Positions 23,226-32,402 of a DNA stretch of 64,000 bases are shown here, in pieces. The DNA lies in the NCBI GenBank assembly GCA_963724295.1, contig CAVRUC010000007.1, positions 480,001-544,000 on the forward strand. The letters are read 5' to 3'. Position numbers and translations under genes: made by a program. How positions within the stretch are numbered: the stretch's first letter is position 1; each line of letters starts with the position of its first letter. The stretch comes from an uncultured Chloroflexia bacterium (GTDB lineage: Bacteria > Chloroflexota > Chloroflexia > Thermomicrobiales > UBA6265). The notes below the pieces were generated by a model. It saw only the letters and a program-made list of their open reading frames with translations. It did not search any database and was not told the DNA's origin.

Positions 23226-23678
23226 ATGGAGCACGTCAGCTCAGATCGCCCTCTCGCCTCAATCTTTGCCGCCGTGCTTGGCGCCGCTCTCATAGGCGCA
23301 ACGTTGCTGAGCCCACTGGCGGTGAACGTGGCGCAGGCACAAACTGAACCGCTTACTGCGGCCAATGGCGTCGTGCTCCCTTCCCCGTATGACGACCCGG
23401 CCGCGGCCAGGATTGCGGATCTCGCCGAAAGCTCGGTTGCGCCCGCCACGGCGACGACTCCAGTCCCACCTGCTGACGAAACCACGGCCACCGACGCTCC
23501 TGAAGCAGCTGCTGAGACTCCAGATGCCGATGCCGGTGCACCGGACGCTGTCACTGGCGACCTGGAAGCCGGGACCTCAGCTCCGATCGTCCTTGGTGGC
23601 GCCGATGTCGCCGTATCCAGCGTTGGCGGTTCCTACGAAGTTGACCGTCCCAGCAAGCGATCGGAGCGCAAGAGGTAG
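23226..23678 (+). CDS. Secreted Ala/Pro/Thr/acidic low-complexity protein
   Basis: Signal-like N-terminus (AQA|Q); starts right after the upstream stop codon. Confidence 0.65.
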   Translation: MEHVSSDRPLASIFAAVLGAALIGATLLSPLAVNVAQAQTEPLTAANGVVLPSPYDDPAAARIADLAESSVAPATATTPVPPADETTATDAPEAAAETPDADAGAPDAVTGDLEAGTSAPIVLGGADVAVSSVGGSYEVDRPSKRSERKR

Positions 23679-23788
23679 GCGGGTTGCCGCCTGATCGATC
23701 AGCTGAATATGACGCAAATGGAGCGAGCCGGTTGCAGTTGCCGCTGGCTTGTTTCATTGGCGATCATCGAAACCGATTTCGGGAAATA

Positions 23789-23812
23789 GCGCGTCCGTAC
23801 GCGCCTTTTTTT
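23789..23812 (+). terminator. Intrinsic terminator upstream of gyrA
   Basis: gcgcgt-ccgt-acgcgc followed by a T7 run. Confidence 0.55.
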
Positions 23813-23895
23813 GTCGCGGAACACCTCAATGTGTGCTAAACTTATGTCTGTTTTCGAGCAGCATGTGTAATCTGCCAAGCTAGGGGAATCCGCTC

Positions 23896-26385
23896 GTGGA
23901 AATAGGCAACGTCCGGCTGGCGAGCATCGAGACCGAGATGCGCCAGTCCTACCTCGATTACGCTATGAGTGTCATCGTGCAGCGGGCGCTGCCGGACGCT
24001 CGAGACGGTCTCAAACCGGTCCATCGCCGGGTCCTGTTCGCGATGTCGGAGATGGGGCTTCGCTCGAATACCCGCTACCGCAAGAGCGCCGGCATCGTCG
24101 GGGAAGTGCTCAAGAACTATCACCCCCACGGCGATGCCTCCGTCTACGACACCCTCGTCCGCATGGCGCAGGACTTCAACCTCCGCTACCCGCTCGTCGA
24201 CGGTCAGGGCAACTTCGGCTCGGTCGACGGCGATGGCGCGGCCGCGATGCGGTACACCGAAGCGCGTCTGACCGCGATCTCTGACGAGCTCCTTGCGGAT
24301 ATCGACAAGAACACCGTTGAGTTCATCCCCAACTACGATGCCTCGAGTGAGGAGCCCCGCGTTTTGCCGGCGCGCTTGCCCAACCTGCTCCTGAACGGGA
24401 GCACCGGCATCGCCGTCGGCATGGCCACCAACATCCCACCCCACAATCTCAACGAGCTTTGTGACGCAATTACGTTGTTGATCGACAATCCCGAGGCCAC
24501 CATCGAGGACCTGATGGAGGTCGTCACCGGCCCGGACTTCCCGACAGGAGGAACGATCCTCGGTCGCGAGGGGATCAAGTCCGCCTATGCCACCGGGCGG
24601 GGACGGATCGTGGTCCGGGCCAAGGCCTTCGTCGAGGAATCGCCACGCGGCGGCCGTTACCAGATCGTCGTCACCGAGCTGCCCTACCAGGTCAACAAGG
24701 CCACCCTGCTGGAGCGCATTGCCGACCAGGTTCGCGAGGGCAAGCTCGACGGCATCAGCGACCTGCGCGACGAATCCGACCGCACCGGCATGCGAGCCAT
24801 CATCGAGCTGAAGCGTGATGCGCAGCCGATGAAAGTGCTGAACAACCTCTTCAAGCACACCCAGCTCCAATCCAGCTTCGGGGTCAACATGCTGGCCCTG
24901 ATCGAGCGCGGCACCCAACCTCGGTCGCTGACGCTGAAACGGGCTCTGCAGGAATACATCAGCCACCGCCAGGAGGTCATCACCCGCCGCACCGAGTTCG
25001 AGCTGGAGCGCGCCCGCCGGCGGGCCCACGTGCTCGAAGGGCTCAAGATCGCGCTCGATCACATCGACGCGGTGATTGCCACCATCCGTGCCTCGCGCAC
25101 GACCGATACCGCTCGCGCCAACCTGATGAAGCAGTTCACGCTCACCGAGGTCCAGTCGTCGGCGATTCTGGACATGCGCCTGGCTCGCCTGGCCGGGCTC
25201 GAGCGCAAGAAGATCGAGGACGAGCTCAAGGAAGTTCGCGCCGAGATCAAGCGTCTGGAGGCTCTGCTGGCGGATCCGAAGCTGATCCTGAACGTGATCC
25301 GCGACGATATGAGCGCCTTGAAAGACAAATATGGCGACGAGCGCCGCACGCGAATCCAGGACATCTCCGGCGCGCTGTCCGAGGAGGATCTGATCCCCGA
25401 GGTCGACGTGCTGGTGACGTTGACGACGCGCGGCTATGTCAAGCGCAGCGTCGACGGCGTGTTCAGGACCCAGCATCGCGGGGGCCGAGGCGTGACCGGC
25501 GTCACGATGCGTGACGAAGACGCCATCCAGCACATCCTGGCCGCCAACAGTCACGACTGGCTCCTGGTATTCACCAATCGGGGCAAGGTCTACCAGCTGA
25601 AAGTCCACGAGCTCCCCGACGCCGGACGCACCGCCAAGGGCGTTCCGATCGTGAACCTCGTCAATATGCAGCCGGACGAGACCGTCACCACCCTGATGAA
25701 AGTGCGCGACTACAGCTCTGGCCAGTACCTCTTCTTCACCACCCGGCTGGGGCGGGTCAAGCGCACCGCCCTCGATCAATTCCGGACGGTTCGCTCTTCC
25801 GGTCTCATCGCCATCGGACTCGATGCGGAGGACGAGTTGGCCTGGGTGCGGATGACGAGCGGTGAAGACGACGTCATGCTCGTCAGCCAGGGCGGGCAGG
25901 CGGTCCGCTTCCGGGAAGAAGTCGTGCGGCCGATGGGCCGGCCGGCCGCCGGCGTGATCGGTATCCGCATGGCCAAGGGAGACCGGGTCATCGCCTCGGA
26001 AGCAGTGATCGACGGCAAGGACTTGCTTGTCGTCTCCCAGAAGGGCCTTGGCAAGCGGACCGACACCGACCACTTCATCACCAAGGGACGGGGTGGCAAG
26101 GGAGTCACCGCGATGAAGCTCACGACGCGCACCGGCCAGATCGTCGGCGCCGGGATGGTGGACGACGATCACAACCTGACGCTGATGAGCACCTCGGGCA
26201 AGGTGATCCGGCTTCCGGTGTCCCAGATCCCGACGATCGGGCGGCAGACCCAGGGTGTGACCCTGATGAAGCTCGACCCCGATGAGATGGTCGCCACCAT
26301 GACGTTCGCCGAGAGGAAGGACGACGAGGGCGACCCGACCCTGCCTCCGCTGAACGGTCACGGAGACATCTCCAACCTTTCCTGA
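23896..26385 (+). CDS. gyrA: DNA gyrase subunit A
   Basis: YHPHGD, AAMRYTE catalytic Tyr, GyrA-box QHRGGRG, C-terminal pinwheel repeats. Confidence 0.96.
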   Translation: MEIGNVRLASIETEMRQSYLDYAMSVIVQRALPDARDGLKPVHRRVLFAMSEMGLRSNTRYRKSAGIVGEVLKNYHPHGDASVYDTLVRMAQDFNLRYPLVDGQGNFGSVDGDGAAAMRYTEARLTAISDELLADIDKNTVEFIPNYDASSEEPRVLPARLPNLLLNGSTGIAVGMATNIPPHNLNELCDAITLLIDNPEATIEDLMEVVTGPDFPTGGTILGREGIKSAYATGRGRIVVRAKAFVEESPRGGRYQIVVTELPYQVNKATLLERIADQVREGKLDGISDLRDESDRTGMRAIIELKRDAQPMKVLNNLFKHTQLQSSFGVNMLALIERGTQPRSLTLKRALQEYISHRQEVITRRTEFELERARRRAHVLEGLKIALDHIDAVIATIRASRTTDTARANLMKQFTLTEVQSSAILDMRLARLAGLERKKIEDELKEVRAEIKRLEALLADPKLILNVIRDDMSALKDKYGDERRTRIQDISGALSEEDLIPEVDVLVTLTTRGYVKRSVDGVFRTQHRGGRGVTGVTMRDEDAIQHILAANSHDWLLVFTNRGKVYQLKVHELPDAGRTAKGVPIVNLVNMQPDETVTTLMKVRDYSSGQYLFFTTRLGRVKRTALDQFRTVRSSGLIAIGLDAEDELAWVRMTSGEDDVMLVSQGGQAVRFREEVVRPMGRPAAGVIGIRMAKGDRVIASEAVIDGKDLLVVSQKGLGKRTDTDHFITKGRGGKGVTAMKLTTRTGQIVGAGMVDDDHNLTLMSTSGKVIRLPVSQIPTIGRQTQGVTLMKLDPDEMVATMTFAERKDDEGDPTLPPLNGHGDISNLS

Positions 26386-26407
26386 TCTCCCCCGGGACAG
26401 GCTTTTC

Positions 26408-27259
26408 CTATCGCCCCTCGGTCCGGCGGGCACCCCTGGCAGGGGCGCTCGCCGGTCTCGGCCCGCCGGTCTCCTCCTCGACCGCCTGAAAGAATCTGCG
26501 GCTGAAGAGCGCCCCAAGGGGGGTCAGGACGGTCAGCAGGGTCGTCAGCGCCAGCAGCAATGCCGCGCTGGCCGGCACGACCGTTCCTCCATCCTGGCCG
26601 ATGACCGGGCGCTGGCCAAGCATCCAGAGCACGACGAACTGTGCGGCCAGGGCAATGGCTCCCGCCATGGGACGCCAGTTCGCGGGAGCGAGCAGTGCCA
26701 CGAAGATCCAGACAGCCGCGACCAGGCACGCCTCCCCCAGCATCGACAACGCGGACGTCTCGTCGAGCGAACCGGGAGCGCTCAGGATGGCAGGCACCAG
26801 CAGCGCCGCTGGCAGGAACAGGAGCGACCCATTCTCCGGGGCCTGGTCAGACTGATGCGCGGCAAAAAGCCAGAGTCCGAACAACACGACGCAGGTGGCC
26901 AGAGTCAGCCACAGCAGCGGTCCCGCTGAACCCCGTGCGATCGCGACGAATGGAACACGCGACGCCGACGCCTGAAGCGCGACTACCGGCATGAGCACGA
27001 GTGTCACCAGCAGCGTCATTTGCCAGTACGGTCGGGAATCTGGCCGGTCCATGACGACTGTCAGGCCGATTCCAACCACGAGGGCGAGAACGACGAACCC
27101 AATACGAACGGGAGCCGCTCCCGTCGGTAATCGAAGCGCGTCTAGAGCCCCGGTGAGGGAGAGGATCGAGGTCAGGAACAACGGGGCAGAACGCCACGCT
27201 GCTTGATTTACGGCCAGTCTCGCGCTCCGGGCCGACGCCGCATGCTGCGCCCTGCTCAC
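26408..27259 (-). CDS. Hypothetical multi-pass membrane protein
   Basis: About 8 hydrophobic segments. Confidence 0.7.
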   Translation of the reverse strand: MSRAQHAASARSARLAVNQAAWRSAPLFLTSILSLTGALDALRLPTGAAPVRIGFVVLALVVGIGLTVVMDRPDSRPYWQMTLLVTLVLMPVVALQASASRVPFVAIARGSAGPLLWLTLATCVVLFGLWLFAAHQSDQAPENGSLLFLPAALLVPAILSAPGSLDETSALSMLGEACLVAAVWIFVALLAPANWRPMAGAIALAAQFVVLWMLGQRPVIGQDGGTVVPASAALLLALTTLLTVLTPLGALFSRRFFQAVEEETGGPRPASAPARGARRTEGR

Positions 27260-27350
27260 TGCTCTCGATCCTGGCCGCGCCGAGCCGGGTCGCGGCCCGA
27301 CTGGGCCGACCTGTCCCCGCGCGTTTCGGGAGCGACCTGGTTCGCCCGTC

Positions 27351-28172
27351 TCAGCCCTCCCCCGGCAGCAGCGTGGCGATCGGCACGAGGGTGGCTTCTC
27401 TCCCGCGGAAGGAGGCCACGGCGTCGATGTCGCAAAGGGTGAGCATGTCCAACGTCTTCTGCAGACCCGCGCCCACGGTTTGGGCCGCGTGCGAATCGGT
27501 TCCAGTCGTGATCAAGCGACCACCCCGATCCGCGTACCAGCGCACCACCGCCGGTCCTGGCATGCTGGTTTTCGGCGTCTGCCGCAGACCTGATGTATTG
27601 ATCTCGAATCCGACGCCACGCTCGATCATGGCGTCGAAAATCGGCTCCAGACGCTCTCGGTAACGAGCAGGGTCGTAGTCGCGATGCGTTTTCGGCGCAT
27701 ACCGCTTCGGTAGGTCGAGGTGCCCGATCATGTCGAACCACCCGGTCTCGACGGCTTTCTGCACCTGGTCCAGATACGGCAGGAAGACGTCATCCATCGT
27801 GCGCGGGCCAAAGTAGTCGGGGAAGATCATCGCGCCATCGGCCGCGTAGTGCACCGACCCGATGACGAAGTCGAACTCGCCGCCATAGTCAGCAACGAAT
27901 CGTTCGACAACGTCTGTGGTTCCCTCGTTGTAGTCGATCTCGGCTCCGCGCAAGACTGTCAGATCCCCGCTGAACTGGTCGCGGATGCGATCGACCTCGC
28001 GCAGGTACTCGTCGGGACGATAGAACCCATAGCCGGGGTCAGCCGGAACGTGATCGACGTGATCCGTGAACGCGATCTCGGTAACGCCCGCCGCAATGGC
28101 GGCTCGGCACGAGCTCTCCATCGGGATTGCACAATCGACCGAAAATGTGCTGTGAACGTGATAATCAAACAC
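27351..28172 (-). CDS. PHP-domain histidinol-phosphatase (HisJ/HisK family)
   Basis: DYHVHS, FTDH, IGSVH, GHLD, EINTS and GTDSH motifs. The true end may be 27256 via an indel in a G-run, which would give a GTGA overlap with the next gene. Confidence 0.88.
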   Translation of the reverse strand: MFDYHVHSTFSVDCAIPMESSCRAAIAAGVTEIAFTDHVDHVPADPGYGFYRPDEYLREVDRIRDQFSGDLTVLRGAEIDYNEGTTDVVERFVADYGGEFDFVIGSVHYAADGAMIFPDYFGPRTMDDVFLPYLDQVQKAVETGWFDMIGHLDLPKRYAPKTHRDYDPARYRERLEPIFDAMIERGVGFEINTSGLRQTPKTSMPGPAVVRWYADRGGRLITTGTDSHAAQTVGAGLQKTLDMLTLCDIDAVASFRGREATLVPIATLLPGEG

Positions 28173-28317
28173 GGGATCTGGCCCTCTTGACCGACCTGGC
28201 GCGCCTGGCGGGCACTATAGCAATCCGCACAGCGCACCCGGTAACCGAATCGACCAGGCGACCAGCCGGCATTGTTACAATCGCCTGCCGCGCGACTGGT
28301 TCCGGAGGAGACGGCTT

Positions 28318-29124
28318 GTGGACGTCGCGGAGTTCTGGGACCAGGTGAGATCGGCGCTGGGGCTGGACGAACCCCAGGCTGCTGAGACGGTCGTCAGAGC
28401 GATTCAGGCCATCATCGTCGTTCTGCTCACGGTCGGCATCGCGCACTGGTTGAGCGCCTGGGTCCGGCGAGCCGCAATGGCAGGACGGGTCTACGCCGAA
28501 GTAGCGGTACTGGTCAGCCGGGCGACCGCCCTCGCCGTCTTCGCCATAGGCGGCAGCATCGCCCTGGCGATCGTTGGCGTCAGCTCGACCGCCATCGCCG
28601 CCGTCCTTGGCGCCGCCACATTTGGTCTCAGTCTCGCCCTGCAGGATGTCGGACGCGGATTCGTCAATGGTGTCTACATTCTCGTCGAGCGGCCCTTTCG
28701 CATCGGCGACCATGTTCGGGTTGGCGCCGTGGAAGGTCGCGTCGAAGATGTCGGTGTCCGCTTGACGACGCTGCGAACGGCGTCTGGCGACCGCATCATC
28801 GTCCCCAATACCGTCGTCTTTTCGAGCATCATCGAGAACTCATCGGTGGGTACTGTCGACCGGCAAACATACGTGGCATCGGGGATCGAGCTACCGGTTA
28901 CAGAAATTCAGGGTGCGATTTTCGCCTCCCTGCGAGGTACGCCACACCTCTCGCACCTGGCGCCCGTTGTTGAGGTGATCCGGTCCAGGCCCGACGGCAC
29001 GGACATCGAAGTTACCGTCGAGCATGATCTTGGCGTCCGGATCGATGACCAGGTGATTGAACGCCTGCGCTCGCTCTTCCCGGAAGCGACCGTGGCCACG
29101 AAGACCTCCGCCGGCGCATCGTGA
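28318..29124 (+). CDS. MscS-family mechanosensitive channel
   Basis: GLSLALQD, ERPFRIGD and IVPN motifs. Confidence 0.9.
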   Translation: MDVAEFWDQVRSALGLDEPQAAETVVRAIQAIIVVLLTVGIAHWLSAWVRRAAMAGRVYAEVAVLVSRATALAVFAIGGSIALAIVGVSSTAIAAVLGAATFGLSLALQDVGRGFVNGVYILVERPFRIGDHVRVGAVEGRVEDVGVRLTTLRTASGDRIIVPNTVVFSSIIENSSVGTVDRQTYVASGIELPVTEIQGAIFASLRGTPHLSHLAPVVEVIRSRPDGTDIEVTVEHDLGVRIDDQVIERLRSLFPEATVATKTSAGAS

Positions 29125-29747
29125 CGGAACCCGGGCAGCCACGGCGCGTCGGCGTTCTCGGCGGAACTTTCGATCCGGTTCACAATGGACACTTGTCCAT
29201 CGCAAATGCCTTGCGCACGGCGCTCGATCTAGAGCGCGTCGTCTGGGTCCCGGCTGGACGCCCCCCGCACAAAACAGGCCAGATCGTCAGCGGCGACCGT
29301 GACCGGCTCGCCATGCTCGAGCTCGCTTTAGCCGGTTCGGCGGTCGATCAGATCGACACGATCGATATCGAGCGCTCCGGTCCATCGTACACAGCCGATA
29401 CGCTCGAAATCCTCGCGCAGCGTTTCGCCCCAGCAGGACTCTTCTTCCTGATGGGCGAGGACTCGCTGCGCGATCTGCCGACCTGGCACGACCCCGAGCG
29501 ACTGCTACGGGCCGCCGAACTGGCGGTCGCCGCGCGACCCGGAGTCGACGTCGATCTCGAATCCGTTGCGCGTCAGGTTCCGACGGTCCGGGGACGGGTA
29601 CACCTGGTCCCGACCGAAGAAATTGCCATCTCCTCGTCGGGGATCAGGCGACGCGTGCGAGAAAACCAATCGATCCACGGACTCGTGCCCGCGGCTGTCG
29701 AGGCGTACATCCAGGACCACGGGCTTTACACGCAGCCGGCTCCATGA
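29121..29747 (+). CDS. nadD: Nicotinate-nucleotide adenylyltransferase
   Basis: GGTFDPVHNGH, SYTADTL and ISSSGIR motifs. Confidence 0.95.
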   Translation: MTEPGQPRRVGVLGGTFDPVHNGHLSIANALRTALDLERVVWVPAGRPPHKTGQIVSGDRDRLAMLELALAGSAVDQIDTIDIERSGPSYTADTLEILAQRFAPAGLFFLMGEDSLRDLPTWHDPERLLRAAELAVAARPGVDVDLESVARQVPTVRGRVHLVPTEEIAISSSGIRRRVRENQSIHGLVPAAVEAYIQDHGLYTQPAP

Positions 29748-29760
29748 ACGGGCCGCGCCA

Positions 29761-31122
29761 TTACAAGAGCCGGCGTTCTCTGGCCACCTCGTCGATCGCC
29801 AGTGCCGCCACCCGCACCGTCTCGTCGAGATCGGCTTTCGTGGCAATCAAGGGCGGCGCGAGCTCGAAGGCGGTACCGATCGGACTGGCGATCACCCCAT
29901 GTTCGTACATGCGTCGCACGACCGCGCGCACCGTATCATCTTCGAACGGGATGCGCGTCTCCTTGTCGGCGGTGAAGTCTACGGCCAGCCACATCCCCTT
30001 CCCTCGCACCTGGCCCACGATGGGATGCGGGTCGAGAAACTCCTGCAGGGAATCGAGCAGGTACTCGCCGTTCTGGCGCGCCTGGGCGATGAGTCCGTCT
30101 CGCTCTTTGATGGCGATCGCCGTGTTGGCCGCCGCGGCCGCGCCGGCGTGCCCACTAAATGTGTGGACATGCCGAAAAACGGGCAGCGCCTCGATCAGCT
30201 CTGGCCGGGCGATCACGGCGCCCATGGGCATGTAGCCGGCGGTGAGTGCTTTCGCCATCGTCAAGATGTCCGGTTTGATTCCGTAGTGCTCGCTGGCGAA
30301 CCACGCCCCGGTGCGACCGAAGCCGGTGATCACCTCGTCGATGATCAGCAGGACGCCGTAGCGATCGCAGATCTCGCGGACACGTCCGAAATATGCCTCA
30401 GATGCGGTCTGCACGCCGTGCGCTTGCATGATCGGCTCGGCGATGAACGCCGCCACGTAGTCAGGGCCTTCGTGCTGAATCTGCCTCTCCAGATAGTCGG
30501 CGCAGAAGGCGAAGTAGGCCTCTTCTTCCATGCCGAATGGGTTGCGGTAGCGACTCGGTGCGGGGATCAGGGAGTAGCCGGGAACGCCGGGTTCCGAGAT
30601 GTGTCGCGTACCGAGCCAGTCCGTGGCGCCGAGCGCGCCCATCGTCGCGCCGTGGTACGCGTTCCAGCGCGAGATGATCTTGTTGGCGCGTGGCTTCCCG
30701 GAATGCGCGTGGTACTGCTTCGCGATCTTGATCGCGGCTTCCACCGCTTCGGAGCCACCGGTAACGAAGAGCACTTTTGACAGGCCGTGCGGGGCCAGAT
30801 CCGCGAGCTTGCCAGCGAGCTCTATCGTCGGCGGCGCCAGATTGGTGACCGTTCCCACATAGTGAAGCTGCTCGAGCTGCTTTCCGACCGCGGCGGCGAT
30901 CTCGGCGTTGCCATACCCGAGCGAGTTCGCCCGGGTGTGCGAGCTCATCATGTCGAGATATTCCCGGCCGTTGATGTCCATGATCCGTACGCCCTCACCG
31001 CGCACGTAGACCGTGGGACCGTCCCGTTGCACGTCTTCCACCGCGGCGAGCGGGAACACGCAATGCTCGAGCGCCTCCGCCACGAGATCGTCTCGCTCAA
31101 TATCCCCACGTACTCCCTGCAT
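29761..31122 (-). CDS. Class III PLP aminotransferase (omega-amino acid type)
   Basis: GGSEAVE, YHGAT, DEVITGFGRTG and MAKALTAG motifs. Confidence 0.92.
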   Translation of the reverse strand: MQGVRGDIERDDLVAEALEHCVFPLAAVEDVQRDGPTVYVRGEGVRIMDINGREYLDMMSSHTRANSLGYGNAEIAAAVGKQLEQLHYVGTVTNLAPPTIELAGKLADLAPHGLSKVLFVTGGSEAVEAAIKIAKQYHAHSGKPRANKIISRWNAYHGATMGALGATDWLGTRHISEPGVPGYSLIPAPSRYRNPFGMEEEAYFAFCADYLERQIQHEGPDYVAAFIAEPIMQAHGVQTASEAYFGRVREICDRYGVLLIIDEVITGFGRTGAWFASEHYGIKPDILTMAKALTAGYMPMGAVIARPELIEALPVFRHVHTFSGHAGAAAAANTAIAIKERDGLIAQARQNGEYLLDSLQEFLDPHPIVGQVRGKGMWLAVDFTADKETRIPFEDDTVRAVVRRMYEHGVIASPIGTAFELAPPLIATKADLDETVRVAALAIDEVARERRLL

Positions 31123-31516
31123 CACTAGCTCCCCAAACGCATACTTCGGCAGCGTTCAACTGACCACGTCTTGGCCGATCCTGATGCTCCAGCCGACATT
31201 CGTCAACTGACTGGCTAGCCAGGAATCGTCACAGGTCCTCAGCTATAGCCGCGGTCGTTCCGCCAGATGCCGCGAGGAAATGGCATCCGCCGCGTGCATC
31301 CAGACCTGGTACCGGTCCGCTCTACTCGCCGCGCCGTCGCAAACGTTTGACGGGGCATAGGGTTCGCCCCCGAAGTGAACGAATTTGGCAACCCCTTGCG
31401 GCGGCCCGGATTGAGGGCAGCATTCAGGAGGTCGCTCCCTCGCTCGTCGAAATTGGCGTAACCACACTCAACTCTGATGATGATTGGACTCGTAAAGGAC
31501 CACGGCGCTTGTATCA

Positions 31517-31880
31517 CAGCGGCGTATTGCAAGGAATGCCTGACCGCCCGCAAGCAAGTCGCGGTTGAATTGTTCATCAGTGCCGGGTCGGATACCCTCG
31601 CATCCCTCCGCGAGGCGGGCAAGGATCCGCCGCACGGCGGGGATGCGGCGCGCAAGCGGGGGAGCGGAACGCCCAGCATGCCCGGGATACAGCGGAGCGG
31701 AAAAGGGAGCATGCGGAGGCACCCGCCGAAGCCACGTATGCGCGAGAGATCCTGCCCGGCTGCAGGGGGGTGCCGCTGGGCACCATGATGGAGGCAATGG
31801 GACTGTCCTTGCGGTACTGCTAGCTGATTCGACGGGACTCCGGGTGCCGCACCCGCGGCATTGGGGCGCACTGGGCGGGA
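31517..31880 (+). pseudogene. Remnant resembling the C-terminal Zn-finger/HTH region of solo (CRISPR-independent) Cas1 proteins
   Basis: Stitched frames read YCKECL...REAGKDPPHGGDAARKRG/ERNAQH...TYAREILP/RLQGVPLGTMMEAMGLSLRYC*LIRR/GLRVPHPRHWGAL. At least 3 frameshifts and 1 stop; family assignment is from recall. Confidence 0.55.
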
Positions 31881-31953
31881 TTCAGTCAATAACTCCCACC
31901 GCAGCCCCTGCCAAAGACGCAACGCGGTCTGGCGTCCACCCCGACCGATCAGC

Positions 31954-32388
31954 CTAACTGGCGGTGGAAGACCGCAATTCCGCCACCAGGCGCTCCAGTG
32001 CCGCCGCGACCTCGGCGTCGTCGCTCATGTCCAGATAAAGCCGGGCGCGCACCCGCAGGGGCGGCTCGCACGCCGCGCGCTTGACGTACAGCAGCCGGCG
32101 CGCCCCTTCCTCCAGCCCCAGGTGCTCGGCCAGGACGTTCTCCAGCATGCCGAACCGCCCCGCCAAGTAGGCCGGCGTCAGCACCGCCACCGTGCAACGG
32201 CTCCGCTCCACCGCCTGAGCCATCTCCTCTAGGATCGGAGCGCCGAGGGCGAAGTCGCGGTGGTCGACGCAGACCCGCAGCCCCGCGGCGTCCAGCGCCG
32301 GCACGAGCGTCCGGCGCACCCATGTCTTGTCTGGCTCCTGGTGCCGGTAGCTGACAAAGGCGTCGTAGGCGATGGCGTCGTCGGGCAC
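31954..32388 (-). CDS. Stand-alone TIR-domain protein
   Basis: YDAFVSY, DFALGAPILEEMAQAVERSR and TPAYLAGRFGMLEN motifs. Confidence 0.9.
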   Translation of the reverse strand: MPDDAIAYDAFVSYRHQEPDKTWVRRTLVPALDAAGLRVCVDHRDFALGAPILEEMAQAVERSRCTVAVLTPAYLAGRFGMLENVLAEHLGLEEGARRLLYVKRAACEPPLRVRARLYLDMSDDAEVAAALERLVAELRSSTAS

Positions 32389-32402
32389 CTCGTACCTCCA
32401 AG

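Noticed and set aside
23842..26517. 891-aa ORF antisense to gyrA (likewise 11967-13349, 39778-41031, 50056-51567, 61498-63168)
   Set aside because: Shadow ORFs typical of high-GC codon bias, opposite well-supported genes and without motifs.
31239..31922. 227-aa minus-strand ORF and the 103/130-aa plus-strand ORFs as intact genes
   Set aside because: No coherent motifs; the plus-strand ORFs are better explained as pieces of one decayed gene.
31300..31960. CRISPR array near the Cas1-like remnant
   Set aside because: I saw no repeat-spacer periodicity here or elsewhere in the window.
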